From positions 160,001 through 224,000 of the forward strand of contig OZ240215.1 in the NCBI GenBank assembly GCA_965197585.1: a stretch of 64,000 nt of DNA. The letters run 5' to 3'. Both the position numbers and the translations under genes were made by a program. The notes under the pieces were generated by a model. That model did not search any database and had not been told where the DNA came from. It saw nothing but the letters and a program-made list of their open reading frames with translations. Shown here piece by piece: positions 60,425 through 64,000 of this stretch. The stretch comes from Dehalococcoidia bacterium (GTDB lineage: Bacteria > Chloroflexota > Dehalococcoidia > Plut-88900). Position 1 is the stretch's first letter, and every line of letters begins with the position of its first letter.

Positions 60425-61567
60425 CTAATTTCCGAACCGGAAGAGTTTTGCGGCGTTTGAGTATACGAACTTAGTCTGCTCATCTGCGGGAATATCTTTC
60501 AGGATCTCGCCCAGGACCTGCTGGGAACGGGGCCAGGTCGACTCTCTGTGGGGATAGTCGGAGCCCCACATGATGTTGTCGACGCCAATCAAGTCTCGGT
60601 GGGTCATTCCGATGAGGTCCTCGGTGAAGTTTACAAACACGTTGGAATGCCAGAAGTCGCTGGGCTTCTTCCCATCCTTGAAGTGGGCCTCTTGCGTGTA
60701 GCGCAGGTCGCTGTAATTCCTGTCCATGCGTTCCAGGTAGTAGGGCGCCCATCCCATTTCGAACTCTATGAGCGCCAGTTTGACCCCCGGATAGCGTTCG
60801 AATACCCGGCCGAAAATCATGGCGGAAATTGACCGCAAAGCCCAGTCGACCGGGTCGAACCCCGAGGCGGCTCCCTGCACCCCAAAGCTTGTCCGGGCGA
60901 AAACGGTTGGCGGGCTGCCCGGCCCGTGGCGCTGCGTGGTGGTGTGAATGACCAAGGGTCTTCCTGCATCCTGCGCTCTCTCCCACAGCGGTTTATATTC
61001 CGGCTGGTAATATTGCTTCTCTTCGCCCGGGAATGATGTGATTAGCACCGACTCCAATCCCATATCGAGGCACCGTTCGTATTCCCCAACGCCATCTTCA
61101 ACGTCGTCTACGTTGATCGATCCCAGGCCTTTCAATACGTCGGGATACGGCCTGCAGAAATCTGCCATCCAGTCGTTCATGGTCCTGAAGCAGGCGGAGA
61201 GGAACTCGGCGTCTAGGGGAAGGCTGTAGAATCTTGTTGATACCGTGGGGATAACTACTTCCCCAACCACGCCATCTACTTCCAGGTCCTTCAGGCGGGC
61301 GTGAGGGTCGTAGGCCCCTCTCCGGACTCCCTCAAAGCTGGAATCTATGCTCATAGAGTCCGGATCATCGTACCTCTTGCCCGCTTCGGAGAGGACCTCA
61401 CCCCCAGGCCCCGCCGGGGTATCTCCATCGACGAACCAGGTATGAGTATTGCCCGTCCACACCAGCCTCGGGGCCCGGTCTCTGAACTCCGGGTCTATCC
61501 TCTCCGTCCAGATATCCGGCGGCTCGATCACATGAGAATCGGCCGATATCAGCTTGTTCAGTGCCAT
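60425..61567 (-). CDS. Amidohydrolase family protein (Amidohydro_2)
   Basis: CAGGAGGG RBS; ISADSHVIEP, GAYDPHARL, NDWM, WGSDYPHRE. Confidence 0.9.
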   Translation of the reverse strand: MALNKLISADSHVIEPPDIWTERIDPEFRDRAPRLVWTGNTHTWFVDGDTPAGPGGEVLSEAGKRYDDPDSMSIDSSFEGVRRGAYDPHARLKDLEVDGVVGEVVIPTVSTRFYSLPLDAEFLSACFRTMNDWMADFCRPYPDVLKGLGSINVDDVEDGVGEYERCLDMGLESVLITSFPGEEKQYYQPEYKPLWERAQDAGRPLVIHTTTQRHGPGSPPTVFARTSFGVQGAASGFDPVDWALRSISAMIFGRVFERYPGVKLALIEFEMGWAPYYLERMDRNYSDLRYTQEAHFKDGKKPSDFWHSNVFVNFTEDLIGMTHRDLIGVDNIMWGSDYPHRESTWPRSQQVLGEILKDIPADEQTKFVYSNAAKLFRFGN

Positions 61568-61994
61568 CACACCCTCCTGTTTTTGCCAATCCCACATAAG
61601 GCTGGTCCTACTCTGTGGACTCCTAAGAACAGCTGCTTGGAAGCAATTCCTATCGGCAGCGCTGATGAATACAGCCAAAGGTCCAGTCAATCAGCTCCAG
61701 GTCAGAGACTGTACGATAGGCTGGGTACAACCCTGATCCAGCGCTGAGCCCATCGTGAACCTAGAAGCTCCTATTCCACCACGGAGCCCGGCAATTCCGG
61801 AGCGCCAGCGCATGCAAGTTACCCATATGCCGGGTCTGGGTGGGCATTCTTAAGGATCTTGGTCTTCGCCTTCAATATAACGGGCGCGCCAGTCAACGAC
61901 AACCGGATCTCCCGGAGGCTGTCGAGGCAGGAATTCAGGGATTACAGGCAGTCAGCACCACTCCATTGGGGCTTCCCTCATGGATACTCCCCTA

Positions 61995-62323
61995 CCCAGG
62001 CCCCGCTCCACGTGCATCTGGGGGTCGTACTGTATCTCCGTATACACGACATTCTGGGACTTTTACTTCAACAGGAATGCGCAGGTCAGATCGTAGAAGT
62101 CCCGCTCCGTCTTCAGCACTTTATCAGCCTCGCATCAGATGTCGAACCACATCATGATGTCGGGGTAGACATAAGTGGCCGCTATCTCATCCGACGTGGC
62201 GTACGGCAAATCCACTTCGGTGCACCTGGCAAGCTCCAACCGCAGGGCAGGCTCCATAGTGGACTCCAGATGAACGTGGAGCTCCGCCTTGGGCATGCGC
62301 CGGATGAACGTTGTCACATCCAA
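61995..62323 (-). pseudogene. Adenine/adenosine deaminase pseudogene (N-terminal third)
   Basis: FIRRMPKAELHVHLE, then DI*CEADKVLKTERDFYDLT.AFL.K*...NVVYTEIQYDPQMH..RG with two in-frame stops; homology is lost afterwards. Confidence 0.8.
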
Positions 62324-62741
62324 TGGTTCAGTACGTCCTTCAGATCGTTCGATGGAACTGCGGGTCGAGCGATAGTTGGATTTTCCTCGAAAACAAGGGG
62401 ATCGTCCACTCGGCAATGTGTAGGGAAGCAAGATGGTGGACCAAGTTGGGCTATACCGCTGACTTCTCTGTGCAGGATTTCCGTTTGGGAATCACCCCAG
62501 AAGTCATGTAACACCCTGCCGGTTCGAATTCGGCTGGGTAGACCTTACTTGACCGGACCCAGTGGCATTTCCGAAATGTATGTTGACCCGCAGCTATAGC
62601 CAGGCTCAGGTTAGTGGACTTCGCAGGTTGACCCAGACCTTCTTGTTCCGACAGGAGCAAGTTGCAGGAGTGTCGCGAGGGGCGGATACTGGACTGCGAG
62701 CGGGCGACCTGAAGACAACCCCAGACTGGCTGGAGATGATC

Positions 62742-63623
62742 ATGGCCTTCGCAAATCCGGAGTTCCTCGTTTCGACCGATTGGTTGGCGGAACACCTGGG
62801 GGACGACGATGTCCGCGTCTTCGAGACGATCGTCTTCCTCCATCCCCGCGACGGCGGCGGCTATCGCGTCGAGTCGGGACGAAGCGAGTACGAGTCGGGA
62901 CACATTCCCGGAGCGGGATTCCTGGACCTGCAGGGCGACTTCTCCGATAACGACCAACGCTTCCGTTTCATGATGCCCTCGGCCGAAGCGTTTGCCGAGG
63001 CGGCCGGAATGCACGGAATCTCGGAGTCGTCGAAGCTGGTCCTCTACGACCGGTCAGGTTCGATGTGGGCTGCGAGGCTGTGGTGGATGTTTCGGTCAAT
63101 GGGCTGTCATGGTGCGGTGGTGCTGGACGGAGGCTGGCGTCGCTGGGTCGCTGAGGGCAGGCCCGTGTCGACTGGTCCACCGACGCACCAACCAACGGCC
63201 TTCACGCCGACTATCGATGCAGCCAGGTTCGCCGACTTGGACGAGGTCATGGCGTTTGTCGAGTCCGGCGGTGTGGATGGCAGCTGCCTGATAAACGCAC
63301 TGGGTCGGGAGCAACACTCGGGGGCGGATGGGGGGAGAATCTACGGGCGTCCCGGGCATATCCCCGGCTCGGCCAACGTACCGGCGGCGGAGCTTACCGA
63401 TGCTGAGACCGGCCTATACCGCCCGGCGGAGGAGCTGGCGCCATTGTTTGAAGAGGCGGGTGCGGACAGGACTCGGCGCGTGGTCACCTACTGCGGCGGG
63501 GGCATCGCAGCATCCAACGACGCCTTCGTACTCTCGCTACTGGGATACGAGGACATCGCGGTATACGACGCCTCAATGTCGGAGTACGCCGCCGATCCGT
63601 CTCTGCCACTGGAACTCGCCTGA
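62742..63623 (+). CDS. Tandem-rhodanese sulfurtransferase (SseA/MST-like)
   Basis: LVSTDWL, GHIPGA, AARLWW, LDGG...W, GHIPGS, active site YCGGG..A, YD.S..E. Confidence 0.9.
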   Translation: MAFANPEFLVSTDWLAEHLGDDDVRVFETIVFLHPRDGGGYRVESGRSEYESGHIPGAGFLDLQGDFSDNDQRFRFMMPSAEAFAEAAGMHGISESSKLVLYDRSGSMWAARLWWMFRSMGCHGAVVLDGGWRRWVAEGRPVSTGPPTHQPTAFTPTIDAARFADLDEVMAFVESGGVDGSCLINALGREQHSGADGGRIYGRPGHIPGSANVPAAELTDAETGLYRPAEELAPLFEEAGADRTRRVVTYCGGGIAASNDAFVLSLLGYEDIAVYDASMSEYAADPSLPLELA

Positions 63624-64000
63624 GCGCAGTGCATCACCGGCAAGTGTCCCAGGCACTTCCACAACCAGGACGCGGAGCTTGCGCGGTGCGAGGGCGTGCT
63701 GCGGGTTAGACGGGCTGAGCCGACTCGCGGCCAAGGCCCGCAGGACGAGTGGGGAGCGCCTCCGCCAGCACTGGGAACAGGAGGGGCACATGTGGCCTTT
63801 GAGTGACCTTGCCTCCTAAAGGCCTGTCACACTTACGTCCGCGTCACGTAGCATCTCAAACTTCGCCCAGTGACCCATATCTTCCAAGGGCCGGTAGTCC
63901 TATCTCGCCTGGCGAACGATGCGTGCCAGGTGATGATCTGCATTTCGCCTGCCGGCTACAACGGCCCAGTAATGACCGCGGGATTCTTCGCACCACCCTC

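Noticed and set aside
62461-62540. T-arm-like GCCGG-TTCGAAT-TCGGC plus a neighbouring hairpin
   Set aside because: No acceptor stem, D-arm or anticodon arm can be folded; the region more likely derives from decayed coding sequence.

Overview
Bacterial genomic DNA, most plausibly from a monoderm Chloroflexota (Dehalococcoidia/SAR202-like) genome. This is inferred from gene content: many amidohydrolases, Pro/Thr-rich lipoproteins, a DUF5679 mini-protein, and no outer-membrane receptors. Host association (e.g. sponge) is possible. Four blocks: (1) 1-8.1 kb, peptide ABC components, amidohydrolases and a decayed response regulator. (2) 8.2-27.8 kb, an iron-acquisition island (FecCD/Fe-chelate SBP, FEA1-like lipoprotein, FutA, bfd-bfr, imelysin-DHOR-imelysin-HTTM with DtxR/IdeR-like operators). 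It is interleaved with an apparent uronic-acid glycosylation kit: Ugd, epimerase, a flippase-phosphatase-GT2 triple fusion and a GT-C. (3) 27.9-57.5 kb, a ~28 kb segment bounded by ~580-bp direct repeats that each carry a DUF5679 gene (second copy has Cys->TGA). It contains a two-component system, a ~3000-aa subtilase with 16 CARDB-like repeats, three exported ankyrin proteins and a full MoxR/Bat operon. (4) 57.5-64 kb, hydrolase/amidohydrolase/SDR genes, an adenine/adenosine deaminase pseudogene and a sulfurtransferase. No rRNA, tRNA, CRISPR array, integrase or transposase was recognised. All family assignments come from motif recognition by eye, not database searches.
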